Shown piece after piece: positions 12,472 through 25,027 of a stretch of DNA of 64,000 nt (positions are counted from its first letter, which is position 1; each line of letters starts with the position of its first letter). The notes beneath the pieces were generated by a model, which had not been told where the DNA came from, did not search any database, and worked only from the letters and a program-made list of their open reading frames with translations. Source of the DNA: Heptranchias perlo (taxonomy: Eukaryota); contig NC_090339.1 in NCBI RefSeq assembly GCF_035084215.1, positions 11,470,001 through 11,534,000 of the forward strand. Direction: 5' to 3'. The translations under genes were made by a program, and so were the position numbers.

Positions 12472-13855
12472 TCCACTCCCTCTCCCCCTCTCCCCATTCC
12501 CTCACTCTCCTCCCTCCCTCTCCCCCAATCCCTCTCCCTCGCTCCCTCTCCACCGCTCCCTCTACCCCACTCCCTCTCCCCCACTCTCCCTCCCTCTCTC
12601 TCCCTCTCCCCCTCTCCCTCCTCCTCCTCTCCCGTGCTCCCTTTCCCCTCCCTCATTCCCTCTCCCCTCCATCTCCCCCCTCCCTCTCCATCCCTCTCCC
12701 CCCCTCCCTCTTGCCCTCCCTCTCCCCCTCTCTCTCCCTCCTTCCCTCCCTCCCTTCCCCCTCTCCCTCACCCGCCCTCTCCCTCTACCTCCCTCCTCCC
12801 TCTCCCTCCCTCTCCGTCTACCCCTCCCTCTCTTTCCCTCACCCACCTTGTCCCTCTCCCCCTCCCTCTCCCTCCTTCCCTCCCTCCCTCTTCCCCTCTC
12901 CTTGCCCTCCCTCTCCCTCCCTCCCTCTCCCTCTCCACCCTCTCTCTCCATCCTTTCCTCCATCTCCCTCTCCCCCGCTCCATCTCTCCCTATCCCCCCT
13001 CTCCCCCCTATCCCCCTCTCCCCCTATCCCCCCTATCCCCCTCTCCCTCACTCCCTCTCCCCTCCCTCTCCCTCCCTCCTCCCTCCCTCTCCCCTCCTCC
13101 CTCCTCCTCCTCCCTCTCCCCCTTCATCACTCCCCCTCCCTTCCTTTCCCCCTCTCTCCCTCCTTCANNNNNNNNNNNNNNNNNNNNNNNNNNNNNNNNN
13201 NNNNNNNNNNNNNNNNNNNNNNNNNNNNNNNNNNNNNNNNNNNNNNNNNNNNNNNNNNNNNNNNNNNNNNNNNNNNNNNNNNNNNNNNNNNNNNNNNNNN
13301 NNNNNNNNNNNNNNNNNNNNNNNNNNNNNNNNNNNNNNNNNNNNNNNNNNNNNNNNNNNNNNNNNNNTTTCCCCTCTCTCCCTCCCCCCCTCTCTCCCCC
13401 TCTCCCTCCTCTCTCTCTCACCTTCCCTCCCTCTCCCTCTTTCCCTCTCTCCCACTCCCTCTCCCACTCTCTCCCTCCTTCCCTCCCTCTACCTCCTCTC
13501 CCTCGCTCTCCCCTCCTCCCCCTCTCTGCCCTCTCTCTCCTCACCCACCCCCCTCCCCCTGTCCCTTGCTCCCTCTCCCCTCCCTCACTCCCTCTCCCCT
13601 CCCTCACCCCCTCCCTCTCCATCCCTCTCCCCTCCTCCCTCTCACCCTCCTTCCCTCCTCCCCTTCCTCTCCTTCCCTCTCTCTTCCTCCCCCTCTCCTG
13701 CCTTTCCCCGCTCTCCCTCGCCCTCCCCCTCCTCCGACCTTCCCCGCTCTCCCTCGCCCTCCCTCTCCTCCTCCCTTCGCCGCTCCCCCTCGCCCTCCCT
13801 CTCCCTCCCTCTCCTCCGCCCTTCCCCGCTCTCCCTCGCCCTCCCTCTCCCCCGC
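12472..13855. repeat. Polypyrimidine/polypurine (C/T-rich) low-complexity tract
   Basis: Almost exclusively C and T on the plus strand; spans an assembly gap. Confidence 0.95.
13168..13367. other. Assembly gap (200 N)
   Basis: Run of N. Confidence 1.
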
Positions 13856-14739
13856 TCAGACCTCAGGTTGAAATTACAGATCGGGTCCTGACGATGTTAT
13901 CAGACTCAATCTGCAATATTTAAAATGGGACCCCTCCTCCTTCCTGCGGGTGCCCTGCTCACCCACTCAAAAGAGCAGGTTAATATCAGGACACAGCGAG
14001 AAGGAAGCAGGATTGGGCGGAGTAAGTGATTGCCCTCGCCCCCCCCCTCCCGGTTTCCGCCAGGTGGGTGCAGTTAAAATCGGGGCCATTGGGTGAGGTA
14101 AATGCTGGTACTGTGATTTTAAATCAAACATTTCATTACAAATTGAGATAAAACAAAACATTTTAATACTGAAAATAAGCTTCAAGATGTGTCAAGTTAA
14201 TGTAATGTGTGAACGAATCATATTGTTGGTGCAATACAATCAAAGGATTTTCTCAGCTTCCTTTTCCAAGTAAATCATTTGTATCAATGTTGCTGAATCC
14301 ATTCTATATTAATTATTAAATGTAAAACTTAAAACGCACATTGCTTTTGATGCTATAGATGGTAGCCCAGTGCGAAAGTTCTTAGTTTGATCTTGTTCGG
14401 GAATCTGTATGGTCCAAGAAATAACTTTATTAAAGGTTTAACAAACACATTGTACAGCACAGTTCAGCTTCTACTGACAGAATTCCATTTTCAGTGCTCT
14501 GGCTAGAGCAGTCTGCAAAAAACTGATCATCAAATTGAAACACTATCAGCTACTGATTGCTCAGGGAATGTCTCTAAATTACCTGCCGATGTCCCACCTG
14601 GATCCCGCTGTCTTCCACTTTATCCTGCTCTTCTGAGCAGGCAGTGAGGCTATCCACCTGAAGACAACGAGGTTCTACTTTAAATAATTGTAAACAATTT
14701 TACAACACCAAGTTATAGTCCAATAATTTTTATTTGAAA

Positions 14740-14778
14740 TCTACAAGCTTTCGGAGGCTTCCTCCTTCCTCAGGTAAA
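14740..14778 (-). ncRNA. Minimal type I hammerhead ribozyme (outer element)
   Basis: UUUAC CUGAGGA A GGAGG-AAG-CCUCC GAAA GC UU GUAGA. Confidence 0.78.
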
Positions 14779-14828
14779 TGTGAACAATTTTACAACACCA
14801 AGTTATAGTCCAGCAATTTTATTTTAAA

Positions 14829-14867
14829 TTCACAAGCTTTCGGAGGCTACCTCCTTCCTCAGGTGAA
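14829..14867 (-). ncRNA. Minimal type I hammerhead ribozyme (inner element, inverted arm)
   Basis: Exact reverse complement of 14873-14911. Confidence 0.8.
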
Positions 14868-14872
14868 CATCG

Positions 14873-14911
14873 TTCACCTGAGGAAGGAGGTAGCCTCCGA
14901 AAGCTTGTGAA
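14873..14911 (+). ncRNA. Minimal type I hammerhead ribozyme (inner element)
   Basis: UUCAC CUGAGGA A GGAGG-UAG-CCUCC GAAA GC UU GUGAA: core CUGANGA and GAAA, 5-bp stems I and II, palindromic AGCU stem III. Confidence 0.8.
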
Positions 14912-15506
14912 TTTAAAATAAAATTGCTGGACTATAACTTGGTGTTGTAAAATTGTTTACAATTGTCAACCCCAGTCCATCACCGGCATCGCCACATCAG
15001 GTAAATATGAGGAAGCCTCCGAAAGCTTGTAGATTTCAAATAAAAATTGTTCGACTATAACTTGGTGTTGTAAAATTGTTTACAATTGTCAACCCCAGTC
15101 CATCACCGGCATCTCCACATCATGACTACTTTAAATATGCAGATCATGTTCCGATGACATCATCAGGTCACGACTGCAATTTTAACTCAGACCTCAGCAG
15201 GGTTGGCGGGAAAAGGATCTGAGACCACAAGGGGCCAATGAAGGTGAGTAGTTTTACTTTCTTTTGGGAACCCTCCAGGGCCAACAATTAAAATTTAGGC
15301 CTCCTCTTGTCCTGTTTGTGGTTTATGAGTACCGTTTTATGACTATGACATAATGGGTACGGTTCTATGGATATGGTAATGTGTTGAGACATGAATGAGG
15401 GAAAGAGAAACAGTGAAGGCTGATAGGGTTGAACAGCCACCCAACTAAAGACAAGTAGAGACATATCCTTGCCTAGTAATTGACTTCCTATTGTACAGAT
15501 GCAATT

Positions 15507-17731
15507 TTTTTTTATTCATGGGACGTGGGCGTCGCTGGCAAGGCCAGCATTTATTGCCCATCCCTAATTGCCCTTGAGAAGGTGGTGGTGAGCCACCTTC
15601 TTGAACCGCTGCAGTCCACGTGGTGAAGGTTCTCCCACAGTGCTGTTAGGAAGGGAGTTCCAGGATTTTGACCCAGCGACGATGAAGGAACGGCGATATA
15701 TTTCCAAGTCAGGATGGTGTGTGACTTGGAGGGGAACGTGCAGGTGGTGTTGTTCTCATGCGCCTTCCAGGTGGTAGAGGTCGCGGGTTTGGGAGGTGCT
15801 GTTGAAGAAGCCTTGGCGAGTTGCTGCAGTGCATCCTGTGGATGGTACTCACTGCAGCCACTGTGCACCGATGGCGGAGGGAGTGAATGTTTAAGGTGGA
15901 GGATGAGGTGCCAATCAAGCGGGCTGCTTTGTCCTGGATAGTGTCAAGCTCCTTGAGCGTTGTTGGAGCTGCACTCATCCAGGCAAGTGGAGAGTATTCC
16001 ATCACACTCCTGACTTGGTCTTGTAGATGGTGGAAAGGCTTTGGGGAGTCAGGAGGTGAGGCGCTCACCACCGAATACCCAGCCTCTGACCTGCTCTTGT
16101 AGCCACAGTATTTATATGGCTGGTCCAGTTAAGTTTCTAGTCAATGGTGACCCCCAGGATGTTGATGGTGGGGGATTCGGCGATGGTAATGCCGTTGAAT
16201 GTCAAGGGGAGGTGGTTAGACTCTCTCTTGTTAGAGATGAACATTGCCTGGCACTTATCTGGCGCGAATGTTACTTGCCACTTATCAGCCCAAGCCTGGA
16301 TGTTGTGCACGTCTTGCCGCATGCGGGTTCGGACTGCTTCATTATCTGAGGGGTTGCGAATGCAACTGAACACTGTGCAATCATCAGTGAACATCCCCAT
16401 TTCTGACCTTCTGATGGAGGGAAGGTCATTGATGAAGCAGCTGAAGATGGTTGGGCCTAGAACACTGCCGTGAGCAACTCCTGCAGCAATGTCCTGGGGC
16501 TGAGATGATTGGCCTCCAACAACCACTACCATCTTTCTTTGTGCTAGGTATGACTCCAGCCACTGGAGAGTTTTCCCCCTGATTCCCATTGATTTCAATT
16601 TTACTAGGGCTCTTTGGTGCCACACTCGGTCAAATGCTGCCTTGATGTCAAGGGCAGTCACTCTCACCTCACCTCTGGAATTCAGCTCTTTTGTCCATGT
16701 TTGGACCAAGGTTGTAATGAGGTCTGGAGCCGAGTGGTTCTGGCGGAACCCAAACTGAGCTTATTGGTGAGTAAGTGCCGCTTGATAGCACTGTCGATGG
16801 CACCTTCCATCACTTTGCTGATGATTGAGAGTAGACTGATGGGGCGGTAATTGGCCAGATTGCATTTGTCCTGTTTTTGTGAACAGGACATTCCTGGGCA
16901 TTTTTCCACTTTGTCGGGTAGAGGCCAGTGTTGTAGATGTACTGGAACAGTTTGGCTAGAGGCCCATCTACTACTGGTGCACAAGACTTCAGCGCTACAG
17001 CCGGGATGTTGTAGGGGCCCATAGCCTTTGTTGTTTCCAGTGCACTCAGCCATTTCTTGATATCACATGGAGTGATTCGAATTGGCTGAAGACTGGTTTC
17101 TGTGATGGTGGGGATCTCGGGAGGAGGCCAAGATGGATCATCCACTCGGCACTTCTGGCTGAAGATGGTTGCAAACGCTTCAGCCTTGTCTTTTGCAATC
17201 ACGTGCTGGGCTCTGCCATCATTGAGAATGGGGATGTTTGCAGAGCCTCCTCCTCCCATTAGTTGTTTAATTGTCCACCACCATTCACGACTGGATGAGG
17301 CAGGACTGCAGAGCTTTGATCTGATCCGTTGGTTGTGGAATCACTTAGTTCTGTCTATAGCATGTTGCTTCCGCTGTTTAGCATGCATGTAGTCCTGTGT
17401 TGTAGCTTCACCAGTTGGGCACTTCATTTTTAGGTACGCCTGGTGCTGCTCCTGGCATGCTCTTCTACACTCCTCATTGAACCAGGGTTGATCCCATGGC
17501 TTGTTGATAATGGTAGAGTGAGGAATATGCCAGGCCATGAGGTTACAGATTGTGCTGGAATACAATTCTGCTGCTGCTGATGGCCCACAGTGCCTCATGG
17601 ATGCCCAGTTTTGAGCTGCTAGATCTGTTCTGAATCTATCCCATTTAGCACGGTGGTAGTGCCACACAACATGATGGACAGTGTCCTCAGTGTGAAGACA
17701 GGACTTTGTATCCCAAGGATTGTGTAGCGGT
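15507..17731 (-). mobile_element. 5'-truncated poly(A)-tailed non-LTR retrotransposon (CR1-superfamily, Zenon-like motifs) in the 5' LTR
   Basis: ALDIKAAFDRVWH, GSVLGPTIFSCFINDL, FTDDCT, VRSVMEYSPLAW; T-run at 15505-15513; AATT at both ends. Confidence 0.88.
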
Positions 17732-18353
17732 AATTGGGTATTACTCAAAGCCCTGAAAAAATATACATAAGATCATTAGTTTTGTAGTTGGTACTTGGTG
17801 AACGATAAACGGAGACAGTCAGTCTAGGAAACAAAGAGCAGTCAAATACAGGGAAGTTACACGTCACTAAACAGGACACACTAATCTGTCCAAGATCAAG
17901 TTTGATGGGAGAAAACCTAATTGAGGTGAACAAAGACAGAGCGATCTTTGTGTGGGAAATGGCTGTTCCAAAGCCAGTTGGTTTTAAGTGGTGTTTGAAT
18001 GGCAGACAAAGATTTTTTTTCTCAGAAAATATACTTTATTCATAAAATTTGCAGCAAAACATACAATACAGTTGTCATATCACATTCCAAACGTACACAA
18101 TACAGATTATACAATTTGCAGGTTACATCAAGTACAGTTCAATGAACACATTGTACATAATTACAGTTCATGACACTCTGGGGTGTCTCATTGCATAATA
18201 CTCAATACAGATTACTGATTACAGATTCATTACAGGTACATTACAGATTCATTGCAGGTACATTACAGCAATTTGAATGTTACATTCTGCCCGGGGTTGG
18301 GGGGGGGGGTTTTCCCTGATTGCAGCCCCTCGGTATACAATGGCAGGAAGGCT

Positions 18354-20800
18354 CTAAACGGTTGCCTTTCCCCACAGAGCCTTTGCGGCGGCCGCACCCA
18401 TCCTCAGTGCGTCCCTCAGCACGTAGTCCTGGACCTTGGAATGTGCCAGTCTGCAACACTCGGTCGAGGACAGCTCCTTGTGCTGGAAGACCAGCAAGTT
18501 TCGGGCAGACCAAAGGGCGTCTTTCACCGAGTTGATGGTCTTCCAGCAGCAGCTGATGTCCGTCTCAGTGTGCGTCCCCGGGAACAGCCCATAGAGCACA
18601 GAATCCTGTGTTATGGAACTGCTCGGGACGAACCTGGACAGATACCACTGCATCTCTCTCCAGACCTTCTTTGCAAAGGCGCATTCCAGAAGGAGATGGG
18701 CGACGGTCTCGACTGCACCGCAACCTCCTCTGGGACAGCGCGCGGTGGCGCTGAGAGTCCGGGAGTACATGAAGGATCTGACAGGAAGGGCCCTTCTCAC
18801 CACCAGCCAAGCTAGGTCTTGGTGCTTGTTTGAAAGTTCTGGTGATGAGGCGTTCTGCCAAATGACATCGACAGTCTGCTCGGGGAACCAACCGACAGGA
18901 TCCACCATCTCCTTTTCCCTCAGGGTCTCGAGGACGTTACGTGCGGACCACTTGCTGATCGCCTTGTGGTCAAAGGTGTTTTTCTGCATAAACTTTTCGA
19001 CGAAGGACAGGTGGGGCGGAACGGTCCAACTGGACGGAGCGTTCCGTGGCAGCGTGGCCAGGCCCATCCTTCTCAGCACCGGGGATAGGTAGAACCTCAG
19101 CACGTAGTGACACTTCGTGTTTGTGTACCGAGGGTCTATGCACAGCTTGATGCAGCCGCACACAAAGGTGGCCATCAGGATGAGGGCCACGTTGGGCACG
19201 CCTTTCCCCCCTTTCTCTGGAGATTTGTACATCATGTCCCTGCGGATACGGTCCATTTTTGATCTCCAGATAAAGCGGAAGATGGCTCGGGTGACTGTCA
19301 CGGCGCAGGAGCGAGGTATGGGCCAGACCTGCGCCACGTACAGCAACACCGAGAGCACCTCGCACCTGATGACCAGGTTTTTGCCCACGATCGAGAGGGA
19401 TCGTCGATCCCACAGTCCCAGTTTCTGCTTCACCTTGGAAATACGCTCCTTCCAGTTTTTGTTGCATGCCCCGGCCCCCCCGAACCAGATCCCCAGCACC
19501 TTCAGGTAATCCGACCTGACGGTGAAGGGGACAAAGGATCGGTCGGTCCAGTTCCCAAAGAGCATGGCCTCGCTCTTGCTACGATTTACCCTGGCCCCCG
19601 AGGCCAGTTCGAAACGGTCGCAGATGCTCATCAATCTGTGGACCGAGAGCTGATCCGAGCAAAAGACGGCGACGTCATCCATGTACAGGGAGGCCTTGAC
19701 CTGAGTGCCTCCGCTGCCTGGGATCGTCACCCCTCTTATGCCCGCATCCCTCGTGATGGACTCGGCAAAGGGTTCGATGCAGCACACGAGCAAGACGGAG
19801 GAGAGAGGGCAGCCCTGCCTGACTCCAGATTTGATCGGAAAGCTTTCTGATTCCCACCCATTGATTGAAACTGCGCGACTGATGTTTGTGTAGAGCAGTT
19901 GGATCCAATTGCGGATTCCCTCTCCAAACCCCATTTTGAAGAGTACGTCCATCTTGTACGTGTGGGATATTCTGTCAAAGGCCTTCTCCTGGTCCAGGCT
20001 GATCAGGCAGGTGTTCACCCCCTGTCCTGTACGTAGGCGATCGTATCCCTGAGTAGCACCAGGCTATCAGAGATCTTCCTGCCGGGTATGGTGCAGGTCT
20101 GATGGGGGTGGATCACCACCTCCAGGGCTGACTTGACCCGATTGGCGATGACCTTGGACAGAATTTTGTAGTCCACGTTAAGTAGTGAGATGGGTCGCCA
20201 ATTTTTGATTTCTTCCCTCTCCCCCTTCCGCTTGTAGATGAGGGTGATGATGCCTTTCCTCATGGAGTCTGACATGCTGCCTGCCAGGAGCATACTCCCG
20301 TACACTTCCAGCAGGTCTGGGCCTATCCAGTCCCACAGAGCCGAGTACAACTCCACCGGTAAGCCGTCGCTTCCGGGAGTCTTACTCTTCTCAAACGAAC
20401 GGACGGCCTTTGTCAGTTCGTCCAGAGTTAGCGGGTGATCCAGACTCTCCTGCTTGCTGTCGTCTAGAACCTCCGTGATAGACGACAAGAAGGACTGGGA
20501 GGCCGCGCTGTCTGTGGGCTTCGCGTCGTACAGTCCGGCATAGAAGGATTTGCAGATCCTCACTATGTCAGGCTGCGAGGACGTGACCGAGCCGTCCTCT
20601 TCCTTCAGGCTGCTGATCACAGAGCTCTCTCTGTGCACCTTTTGGAAGAAGAAACGCGAGCAAGACTCGTCCTGCTCCACGAAGCGGAAAATGATCTTGG
20701 AGGCCTCGGAGACAAAAAGCGAGGCTTGTTGGTCCTTCACCTCTCTGGGTTCCTCCCCGACATCGATCCCCATTGACTGCAGCAGGAGCAGATTCTGCAT
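18354..20800 (-). pseudogene. Tx1 ORF2 reverse transcriptase plus C-terminal zinc knuckle, one frameshift near 20015
   Basis: NWRPISLLNVDYKILSK, LDQEKAFDRISH, GVRQGCPLS, LYMDDV, CPRGGCGAVETVAHLLLEC. Confidence 0.95.
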
Positions 20801-21021
20801 GCTTTTCTGGAGTCGGGATGTTTCCCTCTGCCTCTCTCTCGCCTTCTGAACGCCGATGTCACCCAGGCGGAACTACGACCCCCTCTCTGAGGCAGAACAG
20901 GACTAGTACCTTAACTCAGGGAATGTGGAACACTTTTCAAAGATCACCTGGACACAGAGACACGGCCAAGAGCTGGAAACAGCAAACGGACTGTTGGGTT
21001 AGACTTTAAACTGTTGTTAAA

Positions 21022-21880
21022 ATGGGTCTGAAAGTCGCATCCATTAACGTGCGTAGCGTTAAATGCACTACACGATGTGTGTTGACCTTGGACTACCTGG
21101 CCAAGGCCAAGAGCGACCTGCTGTTCTTGCAGGAGTGCCGCACCTCAGCAATTACCGGCAATTGTCGCAGCGGTGGGCCCACGGGCCATCGATCTGGTCG
21201 GGAGGCAACGATTGCCGTGCCTCTGGCCTGGGGATTCTGCTGCGGGGAGGCAACTTCACCATCACCGAAGTAAAGGAGGTGGTGGGGGGGTCATCTCCTC
21301 GTAGCAGACGTAATGTACAAGAACACTCCACTCCGACTGATCAACGTGTACGCCCCGGCTCTAAACAGTGAACGACTGGTCGTCTTCCAGCAGCTCCTCA
21401 CTGCTGGCGACGTCCAGGCCGGTCATTCTCAGCAGTGACTTCAGCTGCATCATTGATGCGGCTGGACGATCCGGCAGAGCCGACAACAAACTGGACACCA
21501 CGTCCAAACTCCTGATGGAAGCGGTGAAAGACGCCAAGCTGGGCGACGTTTTCAGCAACCCTGCAGATGGAGCGGCGCGTCAATACACCTGGTCCAGACC
21601 AGACAGGTCCGTCCGTTCCAGGATAGACTTCCTATTTGTGTCCCCGAAGCTCAAGGTCAGATCCACCAAGGTTCTTCTCTGACCACTGCCTCCTCCTGGC
21701 TGTCTGTCACGTACAGGACGATCAGAGAGTGGGCAGGGGGACATGGAAGCTGAACGTGAAACTGTTGACCCCGGGAAACATTGAGGAACTGAAGAGGGAT
21801 TACAAAGGTTGGAGAACCGTAAAGCCCCCCTTTGATTTCCCAATGCACTGGTGGGAAGCCATCAAGGTGAACATCAAGAG
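21022..21880 (+). pseudogene. Inverted Tx1 ORF2 APE endonuclease domain, frameshifted
   Basis: MGLKVASINVRS, DLLFLQE, INVYAP, SRIDFLFVS, FSDH, GRGTWKLNV, WWEAIK. Confidence 0.92.
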
Positions 21881-23163
21881 TGGCAGACAAAGATATCCAG
21901 TCTATGTGTATTTGGTGGGTTTCGGTGGGCGTGTACAAGGTATGAGCAAAGGTAGGATAAAGGGACCACACTTTGGCTGTTAGTGGGTACTGTCTGAAGA
22001 GCTCGTGCCTAGACTTGACTGTATCCTGCTTATCACACTGTAACATTGAAATAAATGCTGGACAAGAAACAAGGACCGAGTATGCCTAGCATTTTACCAG
22101 ACGAATTTAACTTCTTCACTTGAAGAGTCATGCCAAAAACACAAAACTGGGGATGGTCGAGACCGGACTGAAGTGAAGCCTGAATCAGTGGAGCTGACTA
22201 CAGACGGGGACAGATTCTGGACTTAGACTTCATCCAACCCATCAACCAACCCATGGACAGACAACCAACAAGACGCAGCAGTGAACCACGTACATTTGTG
22301 AGTATAATCCGGGAGTGATGGATAAGTAGTTATTATTTAGAAAGTTGTATACTGCTATAAAATGACAATGGCCAGGAAACCACTGTACCAGTTACACAGA
22401 CCTCAACCTCTATAGGTACCATGGAAAGGGGAGGCTGTTGTAAGGGGTAATTAAAAAGGGGACTGATCACCTCCAAATAAGCCAAATCCAAGAAGGAACA
22501 GACTATTGTAGTTTTACGTTAAGCTGTTGTTGCACAGGAAAACTTTAAAAAGGTTAAGCCAAATCCAAGAAGGAACAGACTATTCTCTAGGATGGCAGAA
22601 AAAGAAAGGGAAATAATGATGGCTCGATGCCATGGGCAATGGAATGGGCTCAGAAGCATTGTGATGAGGTTGGCTTGTCTGGCCTTGGCTTTGTTTTCTG
22701 ATTTATTTCTTTCCTGGCACTTCTCTGTAAATTGGTAATAAAGGTTTGCTTGTGTTGTTGGTAATATTAAAACAGCCGATGAAGAGTTGTGGGCTACCCA
22801 CTCCGACAAAAAGGACAGGGAAGTAATGTGCAAATTAAGGGAAGTAATGTGCAAATTAAGGGAGGAAAGGAGGGCCAGGTAAAGCGAGCAAGAAAACAAT
22901 AGAAAACTGCAAATCCGAGTAGTGGCACTATCACTTGGGAAAGAGGAGGTCGAATCGGAAACAGGAGGATGATAGTGATGTCCCTCAGTGGGTCCCGGGA
23001 GCACAGGAAAAGGCGAGGAGGCACGGCGGGAGAGCAAGGAGGATGAGGGTGCCTCACCCCAATCAAGAGAAACTTACACACCGGGCAACATGGCCGGCAG
23101 GACTCGATCTCGGAGTAGACGCAATGGGGAGGGGAGTGCGAATCCAGCACTGGTCACAACCAA

Positions 23164-23385
23164 ATGCGTCCAGACATAGCGGGGCAGGCCAATAGACACC
23201 TGACCCTCACAGAGCTATGTGCGCTTAGTGAACAGATACCCCAGTATGACGGGATAGGGGACCCCATCCAAGTGCTAAATAAGGTCCGGGCACTGCAGCG
23301 GTCCCATGCCTTGACTAATAAGGATGCATGCCAGTTTCGCAGTTCTCGTACATCAAAGAGCACACTAAATCTGTCCAAACAGTAA
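23164..23385 (+). pseudogene. Possible gag-like remnant of the LTR element
   Basis: Located between the leader and the integrase tail; LTLTELCALSEQIPQYDGIGDPIQVL loosely resembles retroelement capsid N-termini. Confidence 0.35.
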
Positions 23386-23685
23386 TCAAAAAGCAAGAAC
23401 CACTGCTTCTATCAATGGAAACTAAACCACGTGAAAGTGGACTTGTGAAAAGAAAAGCTGTGTCAAAAAAGCAAAGAATAGAAGCAGTTTCAGTTCCAGT
23501 GGAGAATCTCCCAATGAAGTCCACAGTCTACATTCCTTTGGATAATGCTGAGCCTGTGGTCAGGCTGAAAAGAGGGATTCTGTGGTTGATGACCATTGCC
23601 AAGAAACAGAGGAATGAATATGGTAAAGAAAATGTCGATGTACAATTTACATACTTTCTCTCTTTGAAAACTATGACATTCACTG

Positions 23686-23843
23686 AGGAGGAGGCTAATT
23701 GGGAAGGTCCATATGAGATTATGGATAAAGTAGGAGAAACCAATCTGAAGTTGGCAATTCGAAAACGGGGAAGGAAAACACAATATACATGGTGCCTCGA
23801 AGACCATTGCAAACCCTACAAAAAGGGCAGGGTTGCTGCTTAG
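23686..23843 (+). pseudogene. Integrase C-terminal GPY/F segment
   Basis: WEGPYEIMDKVG...W.LEDHCKPY at the end of ORF 23328-23843. Confidence 0.65.
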
Positions 23844-25027
23844 GGACAGATATAACATTTGGTCTTCCTTTGTTACATGTACACTATGGAGGCAGTTGTC
23901 ATCCTCACCTTGGCAATGTAACGTGGACTGCAATGAGGAAGGAATAGGCTGTCTGACAACAGCAAAAGTGCAGCATCGGTGCAACATCTCAGAATTCCGA
24001 CTGAGGAAAAAGATGAGACTGAACAGAATGTGACTGACCGGGATATGGAGACGACCTGCCCTGGAATAGGGAATAATCTGAGTAAAGATGGACTGGAAGT
24101 CACTGAGTCAGGCACTGTATTGTATAATGTGTTGTATTCTTGATCTTTACATTTACCCAATGGTTTTGTTTTGCCAACGGATGCTGTCAATAATGGGTTA
24201 ACAGTTTTTAGAAAGGAACAACTGCTCTCAAAGGCAATTGTGTAAGAAGGTTTTTTGTTCATTTAAATCCAATTCGAAAAGGGGTTAAATGGTATTAGTA
24301 AACAATTGGATCCCAAATTTTATTAAAATAAATCTGGAAATTGGATGGGAATATGGTTTGGTGTAAGGTGTGTTATGCCAGAAAGACACAAGCGAAATTA
24401 CATTATTTCAAGGATGATTCCTGAAGCAGGGGCAATGCTATCACTATCTGTTGATGAAGGACTGGTGAAAATATTCAAAGTGAACTTGATAGACTTTTTG
24501 GAAGAGGATATACAATGTTACAAGTTTGTGAACTAAACAAGGACATTAGTGGGAATGTGGGAGTCTAGAAAGCCCAGATAGCTTCTGCTGTTCTAGGAGT
24601 GGCTATTCGGCTGTGATGTGCTGTAGAGCTCATCGCTAGCAGGTGGCTTCATCCTGGATGAAGAATCTCCTAACTGCTCTCTACAGGTCGATTGATGGAA
24701 CTCGGAGAATGGACATGGCATATTCGAAGAGAGGAAGATATTGGATTATCATCTATCTGGTTTGTCAATCAACATGACCTTTTGCTTCACACTAATGGGC
24801 ATGACCAAAATTGGGGGTAGATTATTGGTGCCTGTTGGGCCCCACAATGTTACAAAAACCCTCAGACAGAAGTCTTGTAAACAGTTGTGGACTTTGCCCA
24901 TCCAATTCCACACGTTTTCTTGAGTTTTAAATAATGGTACTAATTGTTTGAATTATTTTGTTTGTTGCTTTACATTGAATTAAAGTATTTGAGAGAAGAG
25001 AGGGCGTGATAAAAAAAAAGTGAGGTA

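Larger units (their letters stand above)
8195..14087. mobile_element. Non-autonomous PIF/Harbinger-type element expanded by nested insertions
   Basis: TIR GGCCCCAATTTTAAC / GTTAAAATCGGGGCC (14/15); 3-bp TSD ATT at 8192-8194 and 14088-14090. Confidence 0.8.
14687..15125. mobile_element. ORF-less Penelope-like element (pseudo-LTRs only) with a second copy nested at 14783-14997
   Basis: Outer TSD CTACTTTAAATA (14675-14686, 15126-15137); inner TSD CAGGTAAATRTG (14771-14782, 14998-15009); inverted plus direct pLTR pairs typical of Penelope insertions. Confidence 0.85.
14569..15301. mobile_element. Degenerate Harbinger-type MITE hosting the Penelope insertion
   Basis: Right end TTAAAATTTAGGCC resembles the TIR of 8195-14087; left end degenerate. 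Confidence 0.45.
18014..21880 (-). mobile_element. Tx1/L1-clade LINE with 5' inversion, inserted in the 5' LTR
   Basis: TSD TGGCAGACAAAGAT (18000-18013, 21881-21894); poly(T) at the left end; RT on minus, endonuclease on plus. Confidence 0.93.

Noticed and set aside
12345-13923. Pro/Ser/Leu- and Gly/Glu/Arg-rich ORFs
   Set aside because: Low-complexity C/T tract spanning an N gap
22119-22140. Primer-binding site resembling tRNA-Arg TGGCGAGCCAGCCAGGA
   Set aside because: Needs several substitutions and an indel; too degenerate to call
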